DNA of 62,675 nt, filler included, from Theionarchaea archaeon (GCA_018992565.1; 7 parts of 7 records of this genome joined end to end with filler, not necessarily neighbours in it); one strand, 5' to 3'; counted from the whole stretch's first letter, positions 1-10,702 are shown. Numbers and translations are program-made. Notes: generated by a model from the sequence alone, not told the origin.

Positions 1-114
1 TCTATTCCCCTGTACGATTCAGCCCTTCTCCTTGGCGCTCTCATTTTGCTGCTAATAGTCCTGCTGTTTAGTATGGCAGCCAGGCTTATACTCATGAGGG
101 GGAGTGGACAATGA
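1..114 (+). CDS. pstC: Phosphate ABC transporter permease PstC, 3' fragment
   Basis: Frame 1 reads SIPLYDSALLLGALILLLIVLLFSMAARLILMRGSGQ*, a hydrophobic PstC-type C-terminus. The stop overlaps the pstA start (ATGA). Confidence 0.8.
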   Translation, partial: SIPLYDSALLLGALILLLIVLLFSMAARLILMRGSGQ

Positions 115-959
115 CTCTGCGTCATGTTGAGGAACAGTGCTTCAAGGTGCTCATGGTGTGTGCCACCTTCCTGATTCTGGGGAGTCTCTTTGCAGTCATT
201 GGCGTAATTCTGGTGAAAGGAGCTGGAGCTCTGAGCCTTTCCATGATCACCCAGACTTCCAAAGGTGGGTACTATCTGGGAAAAGAAGGAGGTGTCCTCA
301 ATGCCATTGTGGGTTCTCTGTACCTTGCGCTGGGTGCGACCGCAGCGTCCCTTCTGCTATCTCTCCCTATTGCCTTCTGTTTGCAGAGAGAGTATATGAA
401 AAAGCGCACAGCAAACATGGTTCGGCTGTTACTGGATGTTCTGTGGGGCGTTCCTTCCATCATATATGGCGTATTCGGGTTTACTGTCATGCTCTTTCTG
501 GGATTGAGAGCATCACTTCTGGGAGGCATTGCGGCCCTGACTCTCCTGGAACTGCCAATCATGATAAGGGCTATCGATGAAGTGCTGCAAATGGTTCCCA
601 GAGAGCTGAAAGAGACCTCTTATACTCTGGGAGCTACTCGATACGAGACAATGTTCAAAGTGGTTACCCGACAGATTCTGCCCGGGATTGTCAGTGCCGT
701 TATCCTGGCCTTCGGGAGAGGCATCGGGGATGCAGCCTCAATCTTGTTCACTGCAGGGTACACTGACCACATTCCTTATTCATTGCTTGATCCTGTGGCC
801 TCTCTACCGCTTGCGGTCTTCTTTCAGATGGGCACTCCCTTCCCTGAGGTTCAGGAACGTGCATATGCTTCTGCACTGATTCTCCTGATCATCGTTCTCC
901 TGTTGACTGTCTCATCCCGTCTCTTCAGCAGGAGGTTTTCCAAGTTTGTGATAAGGTGA
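111..959 (+). CDS. pstA: Phosphate ABC transporter permease PstA
   Basis: Membrane protein with GVPSIIYG, an EAA-like loop (LKETSYTLGAT) and GRGIGDAA; lies between pstC and pstB. Confidence 0.92.
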   Translation: MTLRHVEEQCFKVLMVCATFLILGSLFAVIGVILVKGAGALSLSMITQTSKGGYYLGKEGGVLNAIVGSLYLALGATAASLLLSLPIAFCLQREYMKKRTANMVRLLLDVLWGVPSIIYGVFGFTVMLFLGLRASLLGGIAALTLLELPIMIRAIDEVLQMVPRELKETSYTLGATRYETMFKVVTRQILPGIVSAVILAFGRGIGDAASILFTAGYTDHIPYSLLDPVASLPLAVFFQMGTPFPEVQERAYASALILLIIVLLLTVSSRLFSRRFSKFVIR

Positions 960-963
960 TATT

Positions 964-1719
964 ATGTGCCACATTACTATCAAGGGATTGAATGTCTCAT
1001 ACGGAAATCAACATGTTCTCAAGAACGTTAGCCTGGAGATTCCACACAACAAAATAACAGTTATCATTGGCCCTTCTGGATGCGGAAAAACTACCCTCTT
1101 GAAGAGCCTTAACCGACTGCTGGAACTGCAGGATGGAGTAAAGATATCTGGGTCTGTTTATATGGACGGTGAATCCGTGTACGATCCCAAGGTTGATGTT
1201 ACCGAATTGCGAAAGAAGATGGGGCTTCTCTCTCAGAGACCGTATCCTCTCCCCATGTCAGTCTATGATAATGTAGCCTATGGCCCTCGCATTCACGGCC
1301 AGAGGAAAAAGCAGATACTGAATGAAATTGTGGAAAAGAACCTGAAAGCTGCGGGACTGTGGGAAGAAGTCAAAGATAGGTTGAAGACTCCTGCTGCATC
1401 TTTGTCCATCGGACAGCAGCAGCGGCTGTGTCTGGCACGGTGCCTGGCAGTCTCCCCTGAAGTCATCCTGTGCGATGAACCCACCTCAGCTCTGGACCCC
1501 TTTTCTGCCCAGAAAATCGAGGAAACCCTCTCCCAATTGAAAACTGAATACTCCATTGTTGTAGTGACCCACAACTTGCGAAGGGCGCGAAGACTGGCAG
1601 ATTATGTGGGGTTCATTTTCCTTGGAGAATTAATTGAACACGGGGAGAAAAAAGACATTTTCGAGAATCCCAAAGACGAGAGAACCAGACGGTATATCTC
1701 TGGAGAAAGCTATCTGTAG
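964..1719 (+). CDS. pstB: Phosphate ABC transporter ATP-binding protein PstB
   Basis: Walker A GPSGCGKTT, signature LSIGQQQRLCLAR, DEPTSALDP; SD GGTGA upstream. Confidence 0.95.
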   Translation: MCHITIKGLNVSYGNQHVLKNVSLEIPHNKITVIIGPSGCGKTTLLKSLNRLLELQDGVKISGSVYMDGESVYDPKVDVTELRKKMGLLSQRPYPLPMSVYDNVAYGPRIHGQRKKQILNEIVEKNLKAAGLWEEVKDRLKTPAASLSIGQQQRLCLARCLAVSPEVILCDEPTSALDPFSAQKIEETLSQLKTEYSIVVVTHNLRRARRLADYVGFIFLGELIEHGEKKDIFENPKDERTRRYISGESYL

Positions 1720-1859
1720 ATAATTACCGGAAATCATGCAGGAAGCGAATTCTCATTCTGAAATCGGGTGAAGTGAAGCCAGAAAAGTCACGGAAAACTA
1801 TTTAAGGCAATTTGCGTGGAAAGTGGTAAACCTCAGTCTACTCTATGAGGAGGATTACT

Positions 1860-3797
1860 ATGGATAACAGAACACATACAATCATGGTACCCCCCCAGGT
1901 AAGAGCATTCATGAACCGGGGGAACGATTTCACGTCATTCTGGGAACATGCTGCTGTGGCAGCCCAAGATGAAGTTCATTGGTTCACGCCGTGGGATACA
2001 GTATTTGACTGGACTGGACCTACCTTTTCCTGGTATAAGGGTGGCACAACCAACATTTGTTACAACTGCGTGGATGTGAATGTGAAGAAAGGAAGGGCGG
2101 GGAGAGCTGCTTTCATCCATGAGAGTGGAGAAAAGAGTGAAACCCGTGTGGTCACGTACGGTCAACTTCTACAAATGGTCAGCCAGTATGCTGCATGTCT
2201 CCGGGGCATGGGTGTAAAAAAAGGTGACCCTGTTGCTATCTACATGCCCATGCGTATTGAATCTGTGGTCTCTATGCTGGCTTGTGCTCGCATAGGTGCT
2301 ATTCACGTGGTTATTTTTGCTGGATTCTCTGCCAAGGCAGTGGCAGACAGGATCATGATTTCTGATACAAAATACGTCTTGACCCAGGATGAAGGGTCCA
2401 GGAGAGGAACCCCCATTCCTTTGAAGCCCACAGTGGATGAGGCCCTGAGCAAGGTGTCTGGTCAGGTGAAGAAGGTCGTTGTTTTGCGCTCCAACCCAGA
2501 GGGCAGCTACACCATGAAGAAGGGAAGAGACATCTCATGGGAAGAATTTCTCACTCTTGGCCAAGATGGCATGGGCGATGCGGAACACATGGAGGCAAAT
2601 GAACCTCTCTTCATGCTACCTACTTCAGGGACCACCGCTCTTCCCAAGGTCACCGTTCAGAATCATGGAGGATACCAGATATATGTCTATTCCATGGGTA
2701 AATGGATCTACAAGATGAGGGAAAATGATGTCTGGTTCTGTACGTCAGATATTGGATGGATCGTGGGTCACAGCTATAATGTATACGGCCCATTACTTGC
2801 AGGATGTACCTCTGTGTTATATGAGGGAACCCCGGATTATCCCAGAAATGATATGTGGTGGGATGTGCTTGATAGAAACAGGGCAACTGCATGGTGGGTT
2901 TCACCCACTGGAGTCAGAGGATTGATGCGGTTGGGCAATGAACATGCTATGGCGCATGATATTTCCAGCCTGGAACGGGTCTTCTGTGCGGGCGAAGTGC
3001 TCAACCCCGCAGCCTGGAGATGGCTGCAGGAAGATATTTTCCACGGTGAAATCCCAGTCATTGACCACATGTGGCAGACTGAGACCTCAGGCCCCTTAAT
3101 TGCTAACCCCTATGGGCTTGGAATGTTACCGATAAAGTCAGGATCTGCTGGGCTCCCTGTCCCGGGTGTAACGGTAGACATTGTAGATGAGATGACAGGT
3201 GAATCACTTCCCCATGGGACCAAGGGAGTCCTGGTGGCTAGGAATCCATTTCCCGGATTGACCCCCACATTGTGGAAGAATGAGGAGCGATATCTGGAAG
3301 AGTACTGGGACAGGTACAACCAGAAGAAGGTGTACTACTCGGGCGATGCCGCATATATTGATGAGGATGGTTACATATGGTTTGTGGGACGGTCTGATGA
3401 GGTCATCAAGATTGCATCGCACCGGATTGGAACGATTGAAATCGAGAATGCTTTGATATCTCACCCTGCAGTAGTTGAAGTTGGAGTCAGTGGTGTTCCT
3501 GATGAACTGCGAGGAGAAGTGGCCTGTGCTTTTGTGGTGCTGAGAAAAGACATGAACGCTGGTGAAGACCTTAAAAAAGAACTCATCCAGCATGTTCGAA
3601 ATACCATGGGCCCCATTGTGGTGATAAAGGATATTGAGTTTGTCAATCAACTTCCCAAGACACGCAGTGGCAAGATTCTGCGGAGAGTCATGAAAGCATT
3701 ATGGGTTTCAAAGGATCTGGGTGACTTGTCCACTATAGAAGAAGAAACCTCTATCAAGGAAATTCAGGAAGCTGTAGAGAAAATGAAGCATCTCTAG
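1860..3797 (+). CDS. acs: Acetate/propionate--CoA ligase (AMP-forming acyl-CoA synthetase)
   Basis: Motifs TSGTTALPK, DIGWIVGHSY, WQTETSG and LPKTRSGKILRR. Start placed at ATG 1860 after SD GAGGAGG. Confidence 0.88.
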   Translation: MDNRTHTIMVPPQVRAFMNRGNDFTSFWEHAAVAAQDEVHWFTPWDTVFDWTGPTFSWYKGGTTNICYNCVDVNVKKGRAGRAAFIHESGEKSETRVVTYGQLLQMVSQYAACLRGMGVKKGDPVAIYMPMRIESVVSMLACARIGAIHVVIFAGFSAKAVADRIMISDTKYVLTQDEGSRRGTPIPLKPTVDEALSKVSGQVKKVVVLRSNPEGSYTMKKGRDISWEEFLTLGQDGMGDAEHMEANEPLFMLPTSGTTALPKVTVQNHGGYQIYVYSMGKWIYKMRENDVWFCTSDIGWIVGHSYNVYGPLLAGCTSVLYEGTPDYPRNDMWWDVLDRNRATAWWVSPTGVRGLMRLGNEHAMAHDISSLERVFCAGEVLNPAAWRWLQEDIFHGEIPVIDHMWQTETSGPLIANPYGLGMLPIKSGSAGLPVPGVTVDIVDEMTGESLPHGTKGVLVARNPFPGLTPTLWKNEERYLEEYWDRYNQKKVYYSGDAAYIDEDGYIWFVGRSDEVIKIASHRIGTIEIENALISHPAVVEVGVSGVPDELRGEVACAFVVLRKDMNAGEDLKKELIQHVRNTMGPIVVIKDIEFVNQLPKTRSGKILRRVMKALWVSKDLGDLSTIEEETSIKEIQEAVEKMKHL

Positions 3798-4020
3798 CTT
3801 TCCTCTTTTTGAGAGTTGCCTTCAGGGGTTTCAGGTATGGATGCCATCCAGACAGGTGGTTGCGAGAGTCTATGACTCTCAGTGTATGGTCTTTGTCAAG
3901 ATCCTTTGGAGGCAACATACTCATTTGACCCGACACAAAATCAGCTTCATCTCATGAGCTTCCACTTACGTGAGAATTGACGTTGAAGTTGCAGGCTTGA
4001 TTCATGATGGAAGAAAAAGA

Positions 4021-5178
4021 CTATACCCCTCTCTCTTTGTAGATCTCTCTCTGTATCAAGAACCGGAGAATTTCAGCAGTTCCTCCTCCGATCATCATCA
4101 ATCGGGAATCTCTCAGGAATTGCTCTGTCCGGTACTTCTTGGTATACCCATTTCCTCCCAAGACCTGTAATGCCTTATGTGCAACCTCAAAGGACGCTTC
4201 TGTAGCAAAGATCTTGGCCATGGCAGCCTCTTTAGTAATTTTCATACCCTTGTCATACATACGGGCAGCTTTCAGCGTCAGCAACCGGGCAGCTTCAATG
4301 ACGGTGGCCATCTCTGCAACTTTGAAGGAGACACCTTCAAAGTATTTTATCGGCCTGTCAAACTGGATTCGTTCAGTGGACCACTTCACTGCTTCTTCAA
4401 AGGGCACCCTGCAGTATCCCACTGCCTCTGCAGCTATGGCTGTTCTCTCTGAGTCCAGTTCGTCCATTAGTACTCGGAATCCTTTGTTCTCTTCGCCTAT
4501 CAAGTTCTCAGCAGGGATCCTGCAATTTTCAAACTTCAGCTGAGAAACACGGGCACCTGCCATCCCCAGCATCCAGTGGTCTTCTACCACACTAAACCCT
4601 TTGGTAGCTGTTGGAAACAGGAAAGCAGACATTCCGTCTTTTGGATGAACATCGGGATTGGTGATGGCAAACAGGCAAATGTAATCTGCCTGGGAACCAT
4701 TGGTGATGAACTTCTTCTGTCCATTGATAACATATTCATCACCCTCTTTCACCGCCCTGGTCTTCATTCCTGCAGTGTCTGATCCCACATCAGGCTCTGT
4801 GATGCCAATAGCCCCGATCTTCTCGCCTCGTATCACTGGTGCCAGGTATTCCTGCTTTTGTTCTTCTGTGGCAAATCGCCTCATGGGGGCACCAAACAAG
4901 GTTACAGATGCCATCCTCCCCATATCCATGGCAGGACTGACAGCTGAAAGCTCTTCACAGACTATGATCTCTGTGGACAGTCCCTTTCCAGAACCGCCAT
5001 ACTCAGGAGGGTGGAAGACAGCCAGATAGCCAGCGTCACCCATTTTCTTGATAAGATCTCGAGGATATCGATTATTCTCTTCAATATCCCGCGCATGAGG
5101 GGCAATTTCCGCATCAATGAACTCTCTTAGCTCCTTGCGGAAGGTATTTTCTTCTTCAGTGAAAAAGACATCATTCAT
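4021..5178 (-). CDS. Acyl-CoA dehydrogenase
   Basis: Motifs ITEPDVGSD, NGQKKFITNG, ERIQFDRPI, LGGNGY and IGGGTAEI. Start at 5178 after GGTGA. Confidence 0.93.
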   Translation of the reverse strand: MNDVFFTEEENTFRKELREFIDAEIAPHARDIEENNRYPRDLIKKMGDAGYLAVFHPPEYGGSGKGLSTEIIVCEELSAVSPAMDMGRMASVTLFGAPMRRFATEEQKQEYLAPVIRGEKIGAIGITEPDVGSDTAGMKTRAVKEGDEYVINGQKKFITNGSQADYICLFAITNPDVHPKDGMSAFLFPTATKGFSVVEDHWMLGMAGARVSQLKFENCRIPAENLIGEENKGFRVLMDELDSERTAIAAEAVGYCRVPFEEAVKWSTERIQFDRPIKYFEGVSFKVAEMATVIEAARLLTLKAARMYDKGMKITKEAAMAKIFATEASFEVAHKALQVLGGNGYTKKYRTEQFLRDSRLMMIGGGTAEILRFLIQREIYKERGV

Positions 5179-5290
5179 AATCTCACCCATTCCACCTTTC
5201 AAAATCACCTTAAATAGGTTTGGGATATTCACTCAATGAAATTCACGCTTCATAACGTTCCACAGGACTCTCCAATACGGGATACACTGA

Positions 5291-6034
5291 TCACTTCTTC
5301 CCGATAAAAATAGCATATCCAACCTTTTTCTCCTCAATCAGTCTTTCTCCTTCTTTGATTAGGTCAGTGAACTCCTTCTCGTCCACGATAGTATCCTGTA
5401 GAAATATCTTTGAAAAGAACCTCAACTTGGACCATTTTTTCTTCAATTTGTCATATTGTTCCTCTGCAATTTCTGACCTGTCAATTCCTTTCACTGACTT
5501 GAATCCTGCCTTTTGAAATAATTCCACATATTCTGGGATAGACGGGGAACTGAACAGACAGGTTAATTCCCGAAATTTCCTTTCTGTTTCCTTTGGGATG
5601 TCATGGATAATCACTCCTGAGAATACGGTAGTCCCGTGGGGACGCAACACACGATATACCTCCTTCAACACATTCAGGCGATCAGGGAAAAGACAGATAG
5701 TCATCTCGCACAGAACCACATCAAACATGTCTTCCAGAAACGGCATATCATAGGCAGAGGCATTCTTGAAGAAGACCCTCTTCAGAAGTCTCAGTTTCCG
5801 AGCTTTTTTTGTTCCTTCCCTTATTTTTTCAGGAGAAATATCTACAGCGTACACCTTTGCTCCGGTTTCCTGAGCCAGGAAAATGGCACTGTCTCCTTCT
5901 TCACATGCCAAGACCAGAACATCAGTATCCCTGTCAATACCCGCTAGTTGAGCAAGTTCAGATGTGAGTTTCAACCCACCTGGATGGAACACATCTCCGA
6001 GTACTTTATCTATGAATCCTTTTCCTACACCCAT
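5291..6034 (-). CDS. Class I SAM-dependent methyltransferase
   Basis: HPGGLKLT, a degenerate motif I (VLVLACEEGDS), FDVVLCE and RVLRPHG. Confidence 0.8.
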   Translation of the reverse strand: MGVGKGFIDKVLGDVFHPGGLKLTSELAQLAGIDRDTDVLVLACEEGDSAIFLAQETGAKVYAVDISPEKIREGTKKARKLRLLKRVFFKNASAYDMPFLEDMFDVVLCEMTICLFPDRLNVLKEVYRVLRPHGTTVFSGVIIHDIPKETERKFRELTCLFSSPSIPEYVELFQKAGFKSVKGIDRSEIAEEQYDKLKKKWSKLRFFSKIFLQDTIVDEKEFTDLIKEGERLIEEKKVGYAIFIGKK

Positions 6035-6099
6035 GACGATCTCCTTCCTATTGGAATATGACTATATTAACCTTTTCCCTCATTTCAGGTTTCTTGTGT

Positions 6100-6747
6100 C
6101 TACCATTGCTCTCTTCGTCTCTTTCTAAAGACAAAGACCAGAATTGCTCCTGCTACAAACCCTCCAATATGAGCGAAGAACGCCACCCCACCTGAGCTGA
6201 CATCTCCTAGAGACAGGAACCCGCTGAACAATTGGAGCACAAACCAGGAGAGCAGTACAAGGACAGCAGGCACTTTCACATACATGTATCCCAGCAAAGC
6301 ATCGATACGTTCCCGAGGATACATTACCAAGTATGCTCCCAACACACCAGCAATGGCACCTGAAGCTCCCAGGTTGGGGATTTGAGAAGAGGGATCAATG
6401 AAAATCTGGGCAAAAGAAGCTATCAATCCACATACCACGTAGAACACAATAAACCGTATGTGTCCCATACTGTCCTCCACGTTGTTTCCAAAAATGTGAA
6501 GGTACAGCATGTTGAAGAGAATGTGGGCAACTCCACCATGCATGAACATGGACGTCAGCAAGGTGTACAGGTTTTCTCCCCTCACTATCAGGTACGGTAT
6601 AACAGCGAAATTCTCATAAAACCATTCAAGGTAACCCACAGAATCGAGATACAGCTCTAATACGAATACTGCAATATTCACAACAATAATGCCATACATG
6701 ATGGTGGGAAAAATCCTGGTAGGACGAAAATCACGAATGGGGAGCAT
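6100..6747 (-). CDS. Rhomboid family intramembrane serine protease
   Basis: SMFMHGG, HILFNM, catalytic GASGA and AHIGG. Confidence 0.95.
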   Translation of the reverse strand: MLPIRDFRPTRIFPTIMYGIIVVNIAVFVLELYLDSVGYLEWFYENFAVIPYLIVRGENLYTLLTSMFMHGGVAHILFNMLYLHIFGNNVEDSMGHIRFIVFYVVCGLIASFAQIFIDPSSQIPNLGASGAIAGVLGAYLVMYPRERIDALLGYMYVKVPAVLVLLSWFVLQLFSGFLSLGDVSSGGVAFFAHIGGFVAGAILVFVFRKRRREQW

Positions 6748-6766
6748 ACCACACTTTGCCTACAAC

Positions 6767-7420
6767 CTATTTAAATATTTTGGATTTGAGTATCCTGCTG
6801 GAAAACTGGAGAAGACTCACATGAACTCCGCCCACTGCACACAGTCCCTTCCGTATTCTGGCAATGACATCCTGTGGCGTAGAGGCCTCCACCACGGTGA
6901 AAGCCTTTCCTACGTAGTTCACAGTGTGGGCATCGCTTCCCCCGATTCCAGGGAGGTGCAATGTAACGGCTGCTGTATGTGCCCTCCTGTTGGCAAAGGG
7001 GAATACAGTGGATCCATTAAAGGTCTCGAGTGCATCCCAGGTGTAATCGTAGACTTCTTTGCCCATTCCATGCCTGAAATAATCGAAAGGGTGGGCAGGT
7101 GAAAGGATGACATCTGCATCTGCGGCTCTGGAGACGTAGTACGACAGAGGCTTGGAAATCTCGAGCTCTCCAAGCATGCTGCCGTTGTCAGGTGTTGTGT
7201 ATATAAGGAGATGGCCCACCCGGGTAGTGACTTCAATTCCAGGAAGATATATCATTCCATAGTCTCTGGCAAGGATTTCATAGTCTTCAGTATCACCTGA
7301 TGTATCATGATCTGTTATGGAGAATCCGTTCATTCCCCGTCGAGACATGGCGGCCACCATCTCTTCCGGGGATGCTGTGCCGTCACTGACAGTGGTGTGA
7401 ACATGGAGATCGAGCTTCAT
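6767..7420 (-). CDS. PHP domain metal-dependent phosphoesterase
   Basis: DLHVHT-SDG, ITDHD, AHP and GGSDAH. Confidence 0.92.
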   Translation of the reverse strand: MKLDLHVHTTVSDGTASPEEMVAAMSRRGMNGFSITDHDTSGDTEDYEILARDYGMIYLPGIEVTTRVGHLLIYTTPDNGSMLGELEISKPLSYYVSRAADADVILSPAHPFDYFRHGMGKEVYDYTWDALETFNGSTVFPFANRRAHTAAVTLHLPGIGGSDAHTVNYVGKAFTVVEASTPQDVIARIRKGLCAVGGVHVSLLQFSSRILKSKIFK

Positions 7421-8076
7421 GAGATCACGAAGGCAGTCATTATCAGTCCTGAAAGCACGGGCACAAAGAAATTGTCGTCCATAAGGGCTCTCCTGATGAT
7501 GGAACTACCTCTTGACCTTTCGAAGGGCAATGTCTCAATAAATGCGCCGCATGCAGAACCCAGCAGTGCAATCTTACCTAGGTAACCTGGACTAGTGTTC
7601 TCCAATCCTGCAAAGGATAGAAAGTGAGTGAGTATCATCAGGACCATGAGTGTGCTCAAGAAGCCGCATACAATAAACCCTACAGTACCTTCTAGGGATT
7701 TGTCCGAGTATGGATACGTGTGTCTTCCCACATTTCTGCCTACAATGGTTGCAAATCCGTCACCAAAGGCCATGATAGCAAAGGAAGCTGCCGCGATATA
7801 TGGTGGATACAGTCCCACACATACCATCACTGCCAGAATATAGATGAGAGGACCCATCAGATATCCATGAGTGTAGTCTTCCTCCCGTGCCATGGCATCA
7901 AAAACAGCTTTCCATCGATGTTCTCTGAATACAAATAGAACCAGCAACAGGAATACAACACAGATGAAAAGGGCAGAATAGCGGGCAACAAGTAAGGGGA
8001 AAAAAGCCCACAGTCCCATGCAAATGTGGATGGCTTTCCTCTTGTATTCTTCTCGTTCCATGCATGGAGATTTCAA
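7417..8076 (-). CDS. Dolichol/phytol kinase family (CTP-dependent polyprenol kinase)
   Basis: RKAIHI, GDGFATIVG, KSLEG and DDNFFVP. Confidence 0.85.
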   Translation of the reverse strand: MKSPCMEREEYKRKAIHICMGLWAFFPLLVARYSALFICVVFLLLVLFVFREHRWKAVFDAMAREEDYTHGYLMGPLIYILAVMVCVGLYPPYIAAASFAIMAFGDGFATIVGRNVGRHTYPYSDKSLEGTVGFIVCGFLSTLMVLMILTHFLSFAGLENTSPGYLGKIALLGSACGAFIETLPFERSRGSSIIRRALMDDNFFVPVLSGLIMTAFVIS

Positions 8077-8238
8077 ATGGCTATTTAAGCGTTATGGATT
8101 TCAAAAGTTGTGCTAGATCAGTGGAAGCACGATAGGGGCATGGACAGTTATTCCTCTGAGAATGATTTGAGAGGAAACATATCCGGTTACCTGACTCTTT
8201 GAGCAGAGTATTTGTTTTGGAGGGAGCGTCCAAAAAGG

Positions 8239-9537
8239 TCAGACTTTGATGAGCTTCCACTTTTTCTCCATGCGGGCAGGATCAAGGTGGCGCCACGCTG
8301 AATACCGTCTGTTCCCCATGAAGGCAATTACCTGCTCGTCTCCCATAGACATCGCCCACTGGATGAATCCTTTCCTGGCAGTGGGCCCTGAAAAGCGCAT
8401 GCGATTCTTCAAGAAAGACAACGCTTTCTCCACAGTCTTTGTATCATACACGTGATCTGCATATGGTGTGTGTGGTTTAGGAACAAAAGGTGAGACTGTG
8501 ACTTTGGTGCGCATTATTCTGGAGATCTGGCGGGTTAAGTCCACGATGCCCTCTAAGTCCTGGAGAGTCTCTCCAGGCAGCCCGACCATGAAGTACAATT
8601 TCATCCAGTGAGCATGCTCTGAACATAATCTCACCTTTTCCAGAATTTCTTCATCGGTTATTCTCTTCCCCAGTGAGATGCGAAGCCTTTCACTGGATTC
8701 AGGAGCTATGGTTACTGTCCTCAAATCTGCAGATGTGAGAACCTCCTCAGAAATCTGATCGATTCTCAAGGACGGGAGGCTTACTCGATAGGGACGGCAC
8801 ATTTCCATGATTTCCAGAAGTCTAGAATGAGAATCTGGTCCAATGAGTGACACTACCTCGAATTTGGTGCACCTTTCGGCTTTCTCCAGAATCACCTGTA
8901 TCTGGTCAAGGGGACGTTCTCTCTTCCTGCCTATGCAGTGGGATACCATGCAAAATGCACACTGTCTCGAACATCCTCGGGACACCTCCAGCAGGAAGCT
9001 TCTGTAGAAGGCTTGGCCATATTCTCCCCACTGAATAGGCTGATGAACAGGGTGATATTCCAGCTGAGAGAACCCTGCTTGTACCCGGGCTGCATCTCCG
9101 GTAAAAACCCCTTCAATCTGAGAAATCTCTCCTTCTCTGTATTGGTTCAAGAACTCTGCAAGAGAATGTTCAGCATCCCCTACAAATATATAATCAATCA
9201 CCCCTTTCAGTGGAAATGGGTTGTACGTAGTCCTCCCCCCCATTATCTTCATCGTCTCTGGAAATTGCTGTGCAATCTCATAAACAGTGAAATAATCCAT
9301 TTCAAAACTGCAGGAAAAGGCAATAATGTCAAAGTCTTCCAGAACAGAATTGGATTCAATGCTCTTTGGAAAATCAGTGAAGAATCGTTCACATTGAAAT
9401 CCTTCCTGCTCATTGATAAAATTATAGGCAAATAAGAACCCCAGATTACTGTTACCTGCCTTGTACAGATTAGGATAGACCAGAGCTACCCGGTGCTCTC
9501 CCCTCTTCCGTATGACACCATACTCCAGGAAGTGCAT
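8239..9537 (-). CDS. Radical SAM protein with N-terminal B12-binding-like domain
   Basis: VYPNLY-SNLG, CSRQCAFC, APES, YFMVGLPGET and PFVPKPHTP. Start probably ATG 9537. Confidence 0.85.
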   Translation of the reverse strand: MHFLEYGVIRKRGEHRVALVYPNLYKAGNSNLGFLFAYNFINEQEGFQCERFFTDFPKSIESNSVLEDFDIIAFSCSFEMDYFTVYEIAQQFPETMKIMGGRTTYNPFPLKGVIDYIFVGDAEHSLAEFLNQYREGEISQIEGVFTGDAARVQAGFSQLEYHPVHQPIQWGEYGQAFYRSFLLEVSRGCSRQCAFCMVSHCIGRKRERPLDQIQVILEKAERCTKFEVVSLIGPDSHSRLLEIMEMCRPYRVSLPSLRIDQISEEVLTSADLRTVTIAPESSERLRISLGKRITDEEILEKVRLCSEHAHWMKLYFMVGLPGETLQDLEGIVDLTRQISRIMRTKVTVSPFVPKPHTPYADHVYDTKTVEKALSFLKNRMRFSGPTARKGFIQWAMSMGDEQVIAFMGNRRYSAWRHLDPARMEKKWKLIKV

Positions 9538-9588
9538 GCTCCACTTCTGCTCCTGCCTATAAAAACTACATGATTGCAACATCGATTA

Positions 9589-9604
9589 CCGAAAAGTTTA
9601 TATA
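9589..9604 (+). promoter_or_regulatory. BRE-TATA promoter facing a non-coding region
   Basis: CCGAAAAG-TTTATATA. No plus-strand ORF follows. Confidence 0.6.
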
Positions 9605-9626
9605 CTATTGATTAGCAATATTGATT

Positions 9627-9715
9627 AGACCTCAGTTGTCTCCTACCTCAGGGGTCTTGCCGGGGCTTCGGCCCCGGTTCACACTCTCCAAGAGCATCAC
9701 TCTTTTTTTCTTTTT
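9627..9715 (+). ncRNA. Candidate small RNA (two hairpins plus U-tract)
   Basis: Stem AGACCTC/GGGGTCT with a C/U-rich loop, then CCGGGGC-TTCG-GCCCCGG, then a T-tract at 9703-9715. Begins about 23 nt after the TATA box. Confidence 0.5.
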
Positions 9716-9793
9716 GAAGGAAATCTTCCTGAGAGAAGAGTCAAAATCTCTGAATATATTCAGCAGTCACCTGAGAGAGCAGGTATGATTGTC

Positions 9794-10231
9794 TCACTTC
9801 TTCTTGAAAAACAGCCAGTTCTTGTTGGACTTGAATGCAATCAAGCAGTACAACCCTCTCAGCTTTTCGCCATCTAGGTCAACAATAATCTCTCTTTCTT
9901 CCCATTTCTCTTTAGAATATGTTCCACTGTCCCAGATTTCCACTGTCCCAGCTCCATATTCTCCTTTTGGGATGACTCCCTGGAATGCAGCATATGCCAC
10001 AGGGTGGTCCTCTGTTTGCACTGCCAATCGTCTGACACCTGGTGTCAAAGGTGGTTCTTTAGGCAGGGCCCAGCTCTTGAGAACACCATCTTTCTCCAGA
10101 CGCAAGTCGTAGTGGAGATGAGAGGCATTGTGCTTCTGAATGACATACATGCGTCCTTTCCCTCCACGGGTTCCCTGGGGCTCTGGCGTTTTCTCAAAAT
10201 TCCGTTTCTCCTCATATTCTTCCAGACTCAT
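9794..10231 (-). CDS. Stand-alone LigD 3'-phosphoesterase domain protein
   Basis: [46 protein letters not shown] and [12 protein letters not shown]. Confidence 0.93.
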   Translation of the reverse strand: MSLEEYEEKRNFEKTPEPQGTRGGKGRMYVIQKHNASHLHYDLRLEKDGVLKSWALPKEPPLTPGVRRLAVQTEDHPVAYAAFQGVIPKGEYGAGTVEIWDSGTYSKEKWEEREIIVDLDGEKLRGLYCLIAFKSNKNWLFFKKK

Positions 10232-10702
10232 GGAATCACTTCTCTCTCATTACATGTTGACACACCAACATGTGCGTCCAGGTATTTACGTGTTTTGAAT
10301 GTCGTGAATTCCAGGCCAGGAAGGACTCCTCCTCAAAGGCGTCCTGTTGAAGACCACATGGACAGTCTAGTTCCCGGGATGCAGAATCACTTCCCAGAAT
10401 ATCCCGATACAGCTGCATAACCTTCTGGCTGGAGCTTTGTGCATGTGACGTGTAGAGGAGGTTCGTTCAGTTTTCAATCAGATTGAAAATTTTAGAACAT
10501 CTGCAGAATTTCTGCAATTCTTGGCATGGGGAGGGAGCAACCCCTTGCCGAGACTCTCAACGGTATTACGTTATACAGTAGTGGAAGAGAACCCTTATAA
10601 GATGCTTTCTGTACTATGAACAAGAGGAAAAGGATGAGAGACGGGTGTCTTCAGAGCATGAACCTGAAGATGCTTCTGCCTCTCTTTCAGGGAGGTGTGA
10701 AG

